Shown here piece after piece: positions 30,802 to 43,414 of a stretch of 64,000 nt of DNA. The position numbers and the translations under genes are program-made. Source of the stretch: Macrostomum lignano (taxonomy: Eukaryota). Location of the stretch: NCBI GenBank assembly GCA_002269645.1, contig NIVC01001151.1, forward strand, positions 1-64,000. The letters run 5' to 3'. Positions within the stretch are counted from its first letter, which is position 1. Each line of letters opens with the position of its first letter. Below the pieces are notes generated by a model that saw nothing but the letters and a program-made list of their open reading frames with translations, was not told the DNA's origin and did no database searches.

Positions 30802-31680
30802 TGCAGTGACCCACTGAGTGTGTCTTAGGGTAGCAGTGACCCACTGAGTGTGTCTTAGGGTAGCAGTGACCCACTGAGTGTGTCTTAGGGTAGCTGTGAC
30901 CCACTGAGTGTTTCTTAGGGTAGCAGTGACCCACTGAATGTGTCTTAGGGTAGCAGTGATCCACTGAGTGTGTCTTAGGGTAGCAGTGACCCACTGAGTG
31001 TGTCTTAGGGTAGCAGTGACCCACTGAGTGTGTCTTAGGGTAGCTGTGACCCACTGAGTGTTTCTTAGGGTAGCAGTGACCCACTGAATGTGTCTTAGGG
31101 TAGCAGTGATCCACTGAGTGTGTCTTAGGGTAGCAGTGATCCACTGAGTGTGTCTTAGGGTAGCAGTGACCCACTGAATGTGTCTTAGGGTAGCAGTGAT
31201 CCACTGAGTGTGTCTTAGGGTAGCAGTGATCCACTGAGTGTGTCTTAGGGTAGCAGTGATCCACTGAGTGTGTCTTAGGGTAGCAGTGATCCACTGAGTG
31301 TGTCTTAGGGTAGCAGTGATCCACTGAGTGTTTCTTAGGGTAGCAGTGATCCACTGAGTGTGTCTTAGCAGTGACCGACTAAATGTGTCTTTAGAGGGTA
31401 GCAGTGACCCACTGAATGTGTCTTTAGAGGGTAGCAGTGACCCACTGAATGTGTCTTTAGAGGGTAGCAGTGACCGACTAAATGTGTCTTTAGAGGGTAG
31501 CAGTGACCCACTGAATGTGTCTTTAGAGGGTAGCAGTGACCCACTGAATGTGTCTTTAGAGGGTAGCAGTGACCGACTAAATGTGTCTTTAGAGGGTAGC
31601 AGTGACCCACTGAATGTGTCTTTAGAGGGTAGCAGTGACCCACTGAATGTGTCTTTAGAGGGTAGCAGTGACCTACTGAA
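30802..31680. repeat. Compound minisatellite: 30-bp unit (30802-31368) switching to a related 33-bp unit (31369-31680)
   Basis: GTAGCAGTGACCCACTGAGTGTGTCTTAGG, then GTAGCAGTGACCCACTGAATGTGTCTTTAGAGG. Confidence 0.95.
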
Positions 31681-32204
31681 GGAGGCAAGCAAGGAGGTTC
31701 CCTGTCGTGATGTCACCCTGCACTGATCCCTAATCCCTATCACTGCGTATATTCTCCCAACAGTGTCACTCCAGTCAGCTACGCCACTGGTCTCTCCTTC
31801 TGCATACTTTTTATCTCGATCCACCCGCTGCCCTTTTCAATTACTTTTCGGATCCTAGAGAAGAGTTCGGGCGTCTCCCCGGGCCCTTAGTGAACACATC
31901 GATTTTTTAGCCCAGCAGTTCTCCCCTGGGAGCTGGTAACCAAGCTAAACTGTCTCGCAAGCTTTCACTCAAAATCAGATCAGCGCCGCACGCAACGGCT
32001 TCAGGGGCCGCGCAGCTGCGTTAGATTCCCACCAAGATTTGTTATTTTGCGTGCTCGACTGCTGTCTGGTTGTTTACACGAACCGGTGAATCTCTGCTAC
32101 TTGGCTCTGCTGTCCATCATGGGTCTTTGCGTACTTGCTGCAAACGAAAAATTGCTTTCAAAATTAACAAAATGCTATTTGAGGTATTTGGGTTTTGCCG
32201 TTTT

Positions 32205-33090
<886 letters not shown>

Positions 33091-34140
33091 ACTGAATCCG
33101 ATGAAAGGAACTTAAATGTACTAAAAGCTGCTGACTTCCTGATACCCACACTGATCTGATGCCAAACGGTACACAAGGAGCGTACAGAAATCATAGGGCA
33201 GAATCTCGGCCCGGGTCAGTAGGAAATTCGATCCCGATCCGAACTTGAATTTCGCACCGTCCTTCTCTTCCTGGTCAGACAATTATCAAAATAAGCGAGC
33301 TGCCTTGCTTCCAGCTTCGGTAATTTCTCCTACAGTGGTTTCTTTTTCAGCTTCATTTTGAACAGGAAGTTTTCTGGCTGCAAAATCAAGGAGTTCTAAA
33401 AATAGACACCCGGAGTGAAACACCCTGCCTATTCAGTTTTCTATCCAGATGCTGCGTCCGCACTCTCCATGGCTTTAGGAGAGACCATGTTTTTGGCCTC
33501 GAGCCTTCTACTTGACTGCGCAGATCACGGAGCTCAGATTTCGGCAGAATCCCACGCAAGACAGAATTCTGGCATTACAGCCTTGGAGACAGGCGGAAGA
33601 ATTGACCATTTTTTTGGCGTCGCACTGGTCACGGCTCGTTTGTGATCATCATCATCATAGCATTGCCAGCTTCCCCCCAGTCCATCGCGTGCTGACAGGG
33701 GAGGGCCGGTGCGTTTACAAGCACAAATTTTTATATCGCTACGGCACCTGAGCCTCTCCATCAGGCCATGCAGTCAGAGTGGAGCTGCTAGCTGATTTTC
33801 AATTAAGCACTAATCGGATTTGCGCTCCGTGTGATGAAGAGACTGTATTCTACAATAGGAAATCGCAATATTTAGGATGGATATGAGCCCAGATTCTCTC
33901 CCAGGTTTGTTAATCTGCTCGGAATTTAGACTGTTTATTCACAACATTTTAGCGTGAGGCGCTATCGAAGTAAGCTGGATTTACCTTCGTATCCGGTAAT
34001 CCAATGCAGAGCTTGCAAATGTTAAGTAAGTCTTAAATCTATTTTCGTCGAAAACAATATCACTGACGCAAATAATAAATTTATTTCAGAACTTCTCAAC
34101 GTCTTTTAGAGGATTTGTTCACACTCGATCCGCTGCTCTC

Positions 34141-34970
34141 CAGGGAATCTGATCACTCTTCTCAGCACTCCACGGGTTCTGATCACTCTCCTCAGCACTC
34201 CAGAGAATCTGATCACTCTACTGCACTCCAGGGAATCTGATCACTCTCCTCAGCACTGCAGAGAATCTGATCACTCTCCTCAGCACTCCACGGGTTCTGA
34301 TCACTCTCCTCAGCACTACAGGGAATCTGACCACTCTCTACTACACTCCAGGGAATTTGATCACTCTCTACTACACTCCAGGGAATCTGACCACTCTCTA
34401 CTGCACTCCATGGGATCTGATCACTCTCTACTGCACTCCAGGGAATCTGACCACTCTCTACTGCACTCCATGGGATCTGACCACTCTCTACTGCACTCCA
34501 TGGGATCTGACCACTCTCTACTGCACTCCATGGGATCTGATCACTCTCTACTGCACTCCATGGGATCTGATCACTCTCTACTGCACTCCATGGAATCTGA
34601 TCACTCTCTACTGCACTCCATGGGATCTGATCACTCTCTACTGCACTCCATTGGATCTGATCACTCTCTACTGCACTCCAGGGGATCTGATCACTCACTA
34701 CTGCACTCCATGGGATCTGATCACTCTCTACTGCACTCCATGGAATCTGATCACTCTTCTCAGCACTCCACGGGTTCTGATCACTCTCCTCAGCACTACA
34801 GGGAATCTGACCACTCTCTACTACACTCCAGGGGATCTGACCACTCTCTACTGCACTCCAGGGAATCTGATCACTCTCCTCAGCACTCCAGGGGATCTGA
34901 TCACTCTCTACTGCACTCCATGGGATCTGATCACTCTCTACTGCACTCCAGGGGATCTGATCACTCACTC
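34141..34970. repeat. 30-bp minisatellite GGGAATCTGATCACTCTCTACTGCACTCCA (about 27 copies)
   Basis: Directly visible. Confidence 0.95.
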
Positions 34971-35519
34971 ATTGTGTGCCAAAGAATCCCGAGCGCCCAG
35001 AGTCAGTTTGTAAATCAGGAACACTTCTTACTCAGCAGTTCAGCAAACAAGCAGCTTCCTCCGTCAATCCTTGAGCTGTCTAGTGTTCTAGCACAGCTTC
35101 ATCAGCTCAGCTCAGCCTCTCAGGATATGAGAACAAGGCCGCACGATGCGCCTGCGTGCTTGTCTGGGCTTCGGATTAATATTGCATTGACTCTGTTTGT
35201 GGGAGACCGAATTCTCATTTAGTGCAGCAGTGCACTCGTAGCTCAGTGCAGGCAACTCATTAATATCGCCCATGCAGTCGCTGCACAGCGAAGGACACTT
35301 CAATCATCCATAAAAAACAAAAAAAACACAGCTTGAATTATCGATAAACGGCTTTCAAGAAAAAAAAGCTCTTTAAATGACGAGAATTGATTGGCAAGCA
35401 TAATTGCTTTTTAAAGCTTAAGACTGCTTTAGCGATCGGCCGTTGCTTGATCATTAGCTAATTAAAAACCTTTTATCTACACTGTGAATACGGCTTTGAG
35501 TTGCTTTTTATTGAGGCAG

Positions 35520-35920
35520 TTGGGAGATCAAGAATGGGGAAGATGTGAGATCAAGGGATGGGGAAGATGGGAGATCAGATGATGGGGAAGATGGGAGATC
35601 AGATGATGGGGAAGATGGGAGATCAGATGATGGGGAAGATGGGAGATCAGATGATGGGGAAGATGGGAGATCAGATGATGGGGAAGATGGGATATCAGAT
35701 GATGGGGCAGATGAGAGATCAGAGGATGCGAAAGATGGGAGATCAGAGGATGGGGAAGCTGGGAGATCAGATGATGGGGAAGATGGGAGATCAGAAGAAG
35801 GGGGATGATGGGAGATCAGATGATGGGGAAAATGGGAGATCAAAGGATGGGGAAGATGGGAGATCAGGGGATCGGGGAAGCTGGGAGATCAGAGGATGGG
35901 GGAAGCTGGGAGATCAGAGG
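35520..35920. repeat. 24-bp purine-rich minisatellite GGGAAGATGGGAGATCAGATGATG
   Basis: Directly visible. Confidence 0.93.
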
Positions 35921-36799
35921 ATCAAATGGCAAGAAATCGCGGCATTGCAAAGCACAGAAATCCAAGAACTTGCACGTTGCCCTGACTAGCAGTGCGTCAT
36001 TCTTGGCTGTTTTTAAGAACTAACAAAAAAGGCACCTGGGCAGCTCAAGCCAGACGGGGGATTTAGGATCCTGAGGCAAGCTCTTATCACCCTGAAAACA
36101 GATGCAGAGCAAGTTCCTGCAGTTCCTATCATACGTAACCGAATCCTGTACATGTAAAATCAGCGAAAAATGATTGATTGCCGATGAAATAAATATTATT
36201 ATGAATAATAACATTTAATATCAACTGCAGTAGGGATTCTGGCACCCTGGCTCTTCGCCGATATCGCCCCTCAGCCCAATCCGCTGGCTCCTGAGCAAAT
36301 GCAAGCGCGCCAATGCTGTACGCTGGCACAGCACTCATCCAGTCGCTCACACAGGGTGTACATCGGCTCGTGACTTTCCAATCGTCAGGCATGTACAGTC
36401 TCAGGGCCTTGGGCGTTGGCACTCATGGCTGTCACTCCCACAGGACAATTTCCGTGCACTCAAGCCTTATTAAGTCAAGGCCTTATATAAAGGCAGCTGA
36501 AGGAAAATCTGCTTTTTTATATCTTAATTTGCAGTAAGTCACGTACCATTAAGAAAAAAATAATTAACACAGTAAATTCAATCTTTTTTTTGTTTCCGAA
36601 ACAAAACGACTAACCCGATGTGTTTAAATGCGCATGAAGAAACGCACAGTGTGTGTTTATTTTATAGAAGCATCAGCATCAAGTATCCGGTAATGATTTA
36701 TTGCCTGCCTTAGGTTTTAACCAGCAAGCAATAGAAGCAGTTCTGCAAATCAATTACTGTCAACATTGTTCCTTTTCCCCGATGGATGCACGTTTTGTT

Positions 36800-37155
36800 T
36801 GTCTGACACAATCTGTTTTAATAGTCTGACACAAATCAAACCAGTCTGACACAATCTGTTTAAATAGTCTGACACAAATCAAACCAGTCTGACACAAATC
36901 AAACTAGTCTGACACAAATCAAACCAGTCTGACACAAATCAAACCATTCTGACACAAATCAAACCAGTCTGACACAAATCAAACCAGTCCGACACAAATC
37001 AAACTAGTCTGACACAAATCAAACCAGTCTGACACAAATCAAACCAGTCTGACACAAATCAAACCAGTCTGACACAAATCAAACCAGTCTGACACAAATC
37101 AAACCAGTCTGACACAAATCAAACCAGTCTGACACAAACCAAACTAGTCTGACAC
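36800..37155. repeat. 20-bp minisatellite CCAGTCTGACACAAATCAAA just 3' of the WDR46 stop
   Basis: Directly visible. Confidence 0.95.
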
Positions 37156-37201
37156 ATACATTATTAGAACCGAAAATTTAAACAGATTAAAAAGCGGCAG
37201 C

Positions 37202-39174
37202 TCAGTCGGCCTTGGGTATAAGCCTGTCCAAGAAGGTGCCAGTCGCCGGCTTAGTCAGCTCCCCGCTCTGTGAAACCTTCTTAGCCTTCTTCGTCTTCCG
37301 ACCGCCTGCGGCGTCGGCGCCTTCGTCGCCCATCTCGGCCAGGACTCGCTTCTTCGACTTGAGCAGCTGGCGCAGCTCCATCCGCCTGCGCTGCCATCTT
37401 TCGCCGACTTTTCTGTTCAACTCGCCGGACGCCTTGCCGCTTCGTCGGCGCGGCTGAAACTGGCGAACCTCGTCCGACGGCAGCGCCATCACGGCCGCCC
37501 GCTTCCTGGCCAGAGCCTCCTCGATGCCCTCGGCGTCCACCGCGTTGACGCCGCCGCCCACAGCCGGCGGGGCGATGGTCTCGGGCGGCAGTTTGTCCAG
37601 CAGGCCGCGGACTTCCGCCTCGCGACGCTGCCGCTTCCCGGACAGCGGGTGGACGGCGCCGTCCGGGTTGGGCTCGCCCGAGCCCGGCACCAGCACGGAG
37701 CCGAGGCCGCGGGCGTGTCCAAAAGCCAACACGTCCTCCCACGGACAGAAGGCCAAGTCGGACAGCCGGCCGGGACTCGGGTGGCTGAGCAGCGGCTTGG
37801 CCCCGCCGGCCGGCAACACCATCAGAGCGGCGCCCTGCCGCACCGGACAGGCCAGCAGGCCGCGCTGACTGACCGCCAGCTGCGGCGCCGCGTCGAACAG
37901 GCGAATCGACGCCGCGTCGGCGCCGCTGTCGCTGACAGACAGCGGTCGGAGGCAGCGGATGTCCCACACACGCAGGCGGGAGTCGCCGCCCAGGGTGTAC
38001 ACGGCGTGTCCGGCCGGGGCGGTTGCCACAGCTCGGACACCGGCCGGACAGCACAGCATTTTCACTACCGGCCGCTTCTCCAACGGAGTCCAAATGCAGA
38101 GCTGCCCGTTGGGCTGTCCGGTGAGCACACAGCCGCTGTCCGGGTGCAGGGCGGACACTCGCAGCGGGCCGTGGTGTCCGCAGTAGCTGGCGACAGTCTG
38201 TCCGGTGCTGACATCCTGCCAGTGCAGGTGGCCGGTGTCTGTGCAAGCGGCCAGAAGCCAGTGCCTCGGTAGCCAGAACAGCTTATTAGCCTTGTGCAAT
38301 CGCTTCAAGCAGTGCAGCTCGAGGCCCTGCGCGTCGTAAATGTAAGTCCAGTTGCTATGGGCCACGGCCAGCTGGGGGTGGAGCCAGCGCCTACCCAGGT
38401 TAGCGCGTGGCACGGCTCGTTCACCTGGGGATGCGGATGGGCAATGGGCTTATTGATGGTTGTCAGTTGTAATGTCAGGTAACATCAGAATGTGTCAGTT
38501 GTCATAAATTATGTCAGGTAACATCAGAATGTGTCAGTTGTCATAAATTATGTCAGGTAACACCAGAATGTGTCAGTTGTCATAAATTATGTCAGGTAAC
38601 ATCAGCATGTGTCAGTTGTCATAAATTATGTCAGGTAACATCATAATGTGTAAGTTGTCATAAAATGTGTCAATTTTCCTAGAATGTGTCAGCTAAAATC
38701 AGAATGTGTCAGTTGTCTTGAACTTGACACATTCAATAATTTATATATTTTGTAGATTGTATAAACTACACGGCTTCTCCTACTATAAGTAGGCCGCTCC
38801 GAAAAAAAGTTCGATAAATTCCACACCTGAGACTCGAACATGAGCCGTTTCTGACGCCATTCAAAGGCTGCAACGTGGCCGCCACGGCCACACAGGGCCA
38901 GCAGGCGGCCGGTGGTGTCGTAGGCCACAGAGTAGGGCCCGTACTGCAGGCTCAGCTCGAAGTGGCCCGGCCTGGCGGCCACAGCCACCCGGCGAAGCAG
39001 CTTGGACTGTGTTGGCGCCCACTCGCCCGGCCGCGACTCGATGCCGCCCGGAGATTCCAACGCCGAGGCGGAGGCCAACTTGGCGGCCTCCCGACGAAGT
39101 CGGGCAGCTTTGGCGGCTGCTTTGGCGTGAAATCCGCTTGGCATCTGGTCGGAGTCTTCCGCAGCGACGTCCAT
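37202..39174 (-). CDS. WDR46: WD repeat protein 46 / UTP7 (SSU processome, BING4 family); exon 1 39174-38827, exon 2 38424-37202, with a 23-nt frame break at 38394-38372
   Basis: Conserved blocks HFELSLQYGPY..Y..TGRLL.L.GRGGHVAAFEW, LAVA...TYIYD.QGLELHCL, and the BING4 C-terminal FCPWEDVL.FGH..G..S.LVPGSGEPN.D..RQRREAEVR.LLDKL. Donor CAG|GTGTGG at 38827/38826 and acceptor CAG 38427-38425, phase 0. Confidence 0.93.
38461..38720. repeat. 39-bp tandem repeat in the WDR46 intron
   Basis: TGTCAGTTGTCATAAATTATGTCAGGTAACATCAGAATG, about 4-5 copies plus degenerate edges. Confidence 0.9.
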
Positions 39175-39372
39175 GGTTGTCTGGAAGTGCGTTAGCAAGA
39201 CTCTGAGAGCTCTGGGTTCGTAGGATTTTCATAGATTCCATATGCCACCAAGTGAGCAGTGCTAAGCTTCAGCTATCAGTTGAGTTGAGTACCTGAGATC
39301 AAGCTTGAGCTACTCAACTTAGTTGAGACAGACAGACAGACTTAGTTGACTCAGACGTACTAGGCCTACCTG

Positions 39373-39852
39373 GGGCCTACTCAGCTGATAGCTCAAGCTT
39401 GGCACTGGGCCTACTCAACTGATAGCTCAAGCTTGGCACTGGGCCTATTCAACTGATAGCTCAAGCTTGGCACTGGGCCTATTCAACTGATGGCTCAAGC
39501 TTGGCACTGGGCCTACTCAACTGATGGCTCAAGCTTGGCACTGGGCCTATTCAACTGATGGCTCAAGCTTGGCACTGGGCCTACTCAACTGATAGCTCAA
39601 GCTTGGCACTGGGCCTACTCAACTGATAGCTCCAGCTTGGCACTGGGCCTACTCAACTGATAGCTCAAGCTTGGCACTGGGCCTATTCAACTGATAGCTC
39701 AAGCTTGGCACTGGGCCTATTTAACTGATAGCTCAAGCTTGGCACTGGGCCTACTCAACTGATAGCTCAAGCTTGGCACTGGGCCTATTTAACTGATAGC
39801 TCAAGCTTGGCACTGGGCCTACTCAACTGATGGCTCAAGCTTGGCACTGGGA
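39373..39852. repeat. 34-bp minisatellite GCTCAAGCTTGGCACTGGGCCTACTCAACTGATA (about 14 copies) upstream of WDR46
   Basis: Directly visible. Confidence 0.96.
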
Positions 39853-39988
39853 ATCTTTAACAATTGACTTTGGAGAAACTTTTTATTTGAAAATTTGCTA
39901 ATTTATAGACTTAGAATAAATAGTGGAATGGGCTTATTCCAGGTTTGTCATAATGTGCTAGCCAGGTTAGTTAGCAATTGCACATTCT

Positions 39989-41496
39989 TCTTAGATACTA
40001 AAGTTGAGTTTGTTTGTTTGTTTGTTTGCTTGTAACAGAAAATCTTGCGAACGGAATGACCGATTTTCTCCGTTTTTGCACCATTAGATGGCAAATTGTC
40101 CGGAATCGGTACACGTATTTTTAATAAGCTATCCAAATTAAAGAGGCCTCTCAATTGTCAGAAAACAGGTTTTTGCCCATCTCGCTAATGTATTTTTTCG
40201 GCAGTGAGAGCTTGCAAACGGTTTTGGCCATAGATTATAATGCTAATAGCTGTAGGCTGCTTGGTTTTTATGTAGCCCACTGCTTCCTTTCCTTCTTTCT
40301 TTTCTTTGGTTTTTGAACCCTCTAATAGTGCTTTATCTATTTAGCCCCACTGTATGATGGTGCGCCGTGGCGCAAGCCATTTGAAGAGAAGCCGTGACGC
40401 AAAGAAAAGACGACTGGCCGAGTCTGCTGGAGAGCGCGATGCCCGTCTGGAAGAGCAGCGGCGGCGAGACGCCGAGCGCCGCGCTGTTGAAGACGAGGCT
40501 GAGCGGATTGCCCGTCTGGAGGAACAGCGGCAGAGACAGGCTGAATGTCGCGTTGCTGAAGACGAGGCTGAGCGGATTGCCCGTCTGGAGGAACAGCGGC
40601 AGAGACAGGCTGAGTGTCGCGTTGCTGAAGACGAGGCTGAGCGGATTGCCCGTCTGGAGGAACAGCGGCAGAGACAGGCTTTGTTTCGCGCTGCTGAAGA
40701 CGAGGCTGAGCGGATTGCCCGTCTGGAGGAACAGCGGCAGAGACAGGCTTTGTTTCGCGCTGCTGAAGACGAGGCTGAGCGGATTGCCCGTCTGGAGGAA
40801 CAGCGGCAGAGACAGGCTTTGTTTCGCGCTGCTGAAGACGAGGCTGAGCGGATTGCCCGTCTGGAGGAACAGCGGCAGAGACAGGCTGAGTTTCGCGCTG
40901 CTGAGGACGAGGCTGAGCGGATTACCCGTCTGGAAGAGCAGCGGCAGAGACAGGCTGATTGTCGGCGCGGTGAATCTGTCACCAGGTTACCTTGTGTCGA
41001 ATCTATTGTGCCCTTTAGTCAGTTGCAGGTCAATACCACCATTGGCGATGGCAACTGCTTTTTTCATGCCGTGTGCGACCAGCTACGTGGCACACCGCAT
41101 GAAACCGATGCCGCTACCCTTCGGCACGAGTTGGCCTGTCGTGCAGTTGAACTTTTGCCACAGTTGGTCGCGAATGGCATCATCGCGCCTGATTGCGCCG
41201 ATGAGATTGCGAATTCCTCCTTTCAGGAAGGGGTTTATATTTCAGACGAAGTGGCAGCTCTGTTTAGTAGCTGCTTTGACATGGACCTGGTGATTTACCA
41301 GTCCAATGGTAATGTGCTGCAATATTTCAAGTGTGACAAGCAGCCTCCCAATGCCACTGTGCGTGTGCTCTTGAGTCACGAGCACTACGAGTCGCTCAGA
41401 CTTCGACCGTCTCTGCAAGCTTCTTCAGGTGCAGAGTGTCCCAGGCCAATGGCAAGCGGCTCAAAGGCAGTGCCAGTTGACATCCACAGCACTACA
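39989..41496 (+). mobile_element. Helitron-type element 5' portion carrying the STPR-OTU ORF; interrupted at 41496/41497
   Basis: Starts TCTTAGATACTAAAGTTGAG followed by (TTTG)n and ..GACCGATTTT..TTGCACCATT. This is homologous to the TCCTATATACTAAAAATGAG heads of the downstream Helitrons. No 3' end or Rep/helicase motifs were found. Confidence 0.65.
40354..41496 (+). CDS. STPR-like 23-aa repeat (x8) + OTU cysteine protease ORF, truncated by Helitron insertion
   Basis: 69-bp coding repeats at 40420-40971 (EDEAERIARLEEQRQRQAxxRxA). OTU catalytic motifs GDGNCFFHAV (Cys 41056-41058) and HEHY (His 41383-41385). Residues after 41496 in the track come from the inserted element. Confidence 0.8.
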
Positions 41497-41973
41497 TCCT
41501 ATATACTAAAAATGAGTTGTCTGTGGGTAGGTAGGTATGCGATAGATTTCAGAAAAAATGGCTCAACCGATTCTCTTCAAACTTGCACCATTCGATCAGA
41601 AATTTTCCTGGGACGGTACATGCATCTTGGCTAAGAAATTGCTCAATGATAAAGGGATTAAATATTCGAAAAACATGCTTTTTTGCAAAGGTCAAGCCAA
41701 ATTTTTGACTTGAAATGCATTGTAAGAATGCTAGAGAATAAACTGACTGGCTGAATTCCGATTGTGATAAAGATTGCATCACAAAAAGTTGAAAACATTG
41801 TCAAAGAAATGCACACACGACTTGATAGAAATTGCGTAACCGTATTGCTAACTTAAATTCGGACTGATACTGGCTGACTGAAAAATTGATTATGTCATAA
41901 CTTTTTACTCCATTTGACTTGCTGTAAGTATCGAATTATAAGGGCCACAATTCATGTTCTCAAATTAAAAAGA

Positions 41974-42052
41974 GATAGCCTAGATGCGAGCAGACTGGAC
42001 CGCTAATGTAGTGACCTGGGTTCGAATCTTAGTAGAGCAAAATAATTTTTTT
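41974..42052 (+). promoter_or_regulatory. tRNA-type internal Pol III promoter (A box, B box, oligo-T) within Helitron unit 1; homologues at ~44547-44623 and ~49306-49380
   Basis: TAGCCTAGATG (41976-41986), GGTTCGAAT (42019-42027) and a T run about 20 nt downstream. It does not fold by eye as a complete tRNA. Confidence 0.55.
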
Positions 42053-42084
42053 ATTAAAACACCTTCAAAACACAAAATGTTAAA

Positions 42085-43360
42085 CATAAACGAGACACCA
42101 TGTCAAACATATACGTGACTCCATGTCGAACATTTAAGAGCCACCATGTCAAACATCAACGTGACTGGATGTCAAACATTAAAGAGCCATGCCAAACATT
42201 AAAGAGCCACTTTTTTGAATATTAAAGAGCCACTATGTCAAACATTAAAGAACCACCATGTAGAACATAAAAGAGCCACCATGTCTAATATAAAAGAGCC
42301 ACCATGTCGAACATTAAAGTGCCATCGTGTCGAACATTGAAGAGCCATCATTTTGAACATAAAGGAGCCACCATGTCGAACATAAAAGAGCCACTATGTT
42401 GAACATTAAAGAGCCACAATGTCAAACATTAAAGAGCCACCATGTCAAACATTAAAGAGCCACCATGTCGAACATAAAGGAGCCACCATGTCGAACATAA
42501 AAGAGCCACCATGTCGAACGTAAAAGAGCCACCATGTCGAACATAAAAGAGCTACCATGTCGAATATAAAAGAGCCAGCATGTCAAACATAGAAGAGACA
42601 CTATGACAAACATATACGGTACTCCATGTCAAACATTAAAGAGCCACCATGTCAAACATAACAGAGCCACCATGGCGAACATTAAAGAGCCACCATGTCA
42701 GACATTAAAGAGCCACCATGTCAAACATTAAAGAGCCACCATTTCAAACATAAAAGAGCCACTATGTAAAACATATATGTGACTCTACATCAAACATATA
42801 CGTGACTTCATGTCGAACATTAAAGAGCCACCATGTGAAACAAATATGTGACTCCATGTCGAACATTAAAGAGCCATCATGTCAAACATATAAGAGACTT
42901 TATTTGAAACATAAAAAAGCTACCATGTCAAACATAAAGGGCCACCATGTAAAACATAAAAACGACCATTTCGAACATTAAAGAGCTACCATGTCAAACA
43001 TTAAAGTCCCATCGTGTCGAACATTAAAGAGCCACCATGTCGAACATAAAGGAGCCACCATGTCGAACATAGAAGAGCCACTATGTTGAACATTAAAGAG
43101 CCACCATATCAAACATTAAAGAGCCACCATGTCGAACATAAAGGAGCCACCATGTCGAACATAAAGAACCACCATGTAGAACATAAAAGAGCCACCATGT
43201 CTAATATAAAAGAGCCACCATGTCGAACATAAAAGAGCCACCATGTTGAAAATTAAAGAGCCAACCTGTAAAACATTTAAAAAATTCACCATGTCAAACA
43301 TATAAGTGACTTCATTTCAAACATAAAAGAGCCACCATGTCAAACGTAAAAGTGAGCGAA
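42085..43360. repeat. 21-22 bp minisatellite AAAGAGCCACCATGTCAAACAT inside Helitron unit 1
   Basis: Directly visible, degenerate. Confidence 0.92.
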
Positions 43361-43414
43361 TTTTAAAGGAGCCACTATAATGCTAAGGAAACTGTCGCAC
43401 TAGCTTGTCTGGTG

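Noticed and set aside
41974-42052. Functional tRNA gene
   Set aside because: It has A/B boxes, but I could not form acceptor and anticodon stems, and it is embedded in a transposon.
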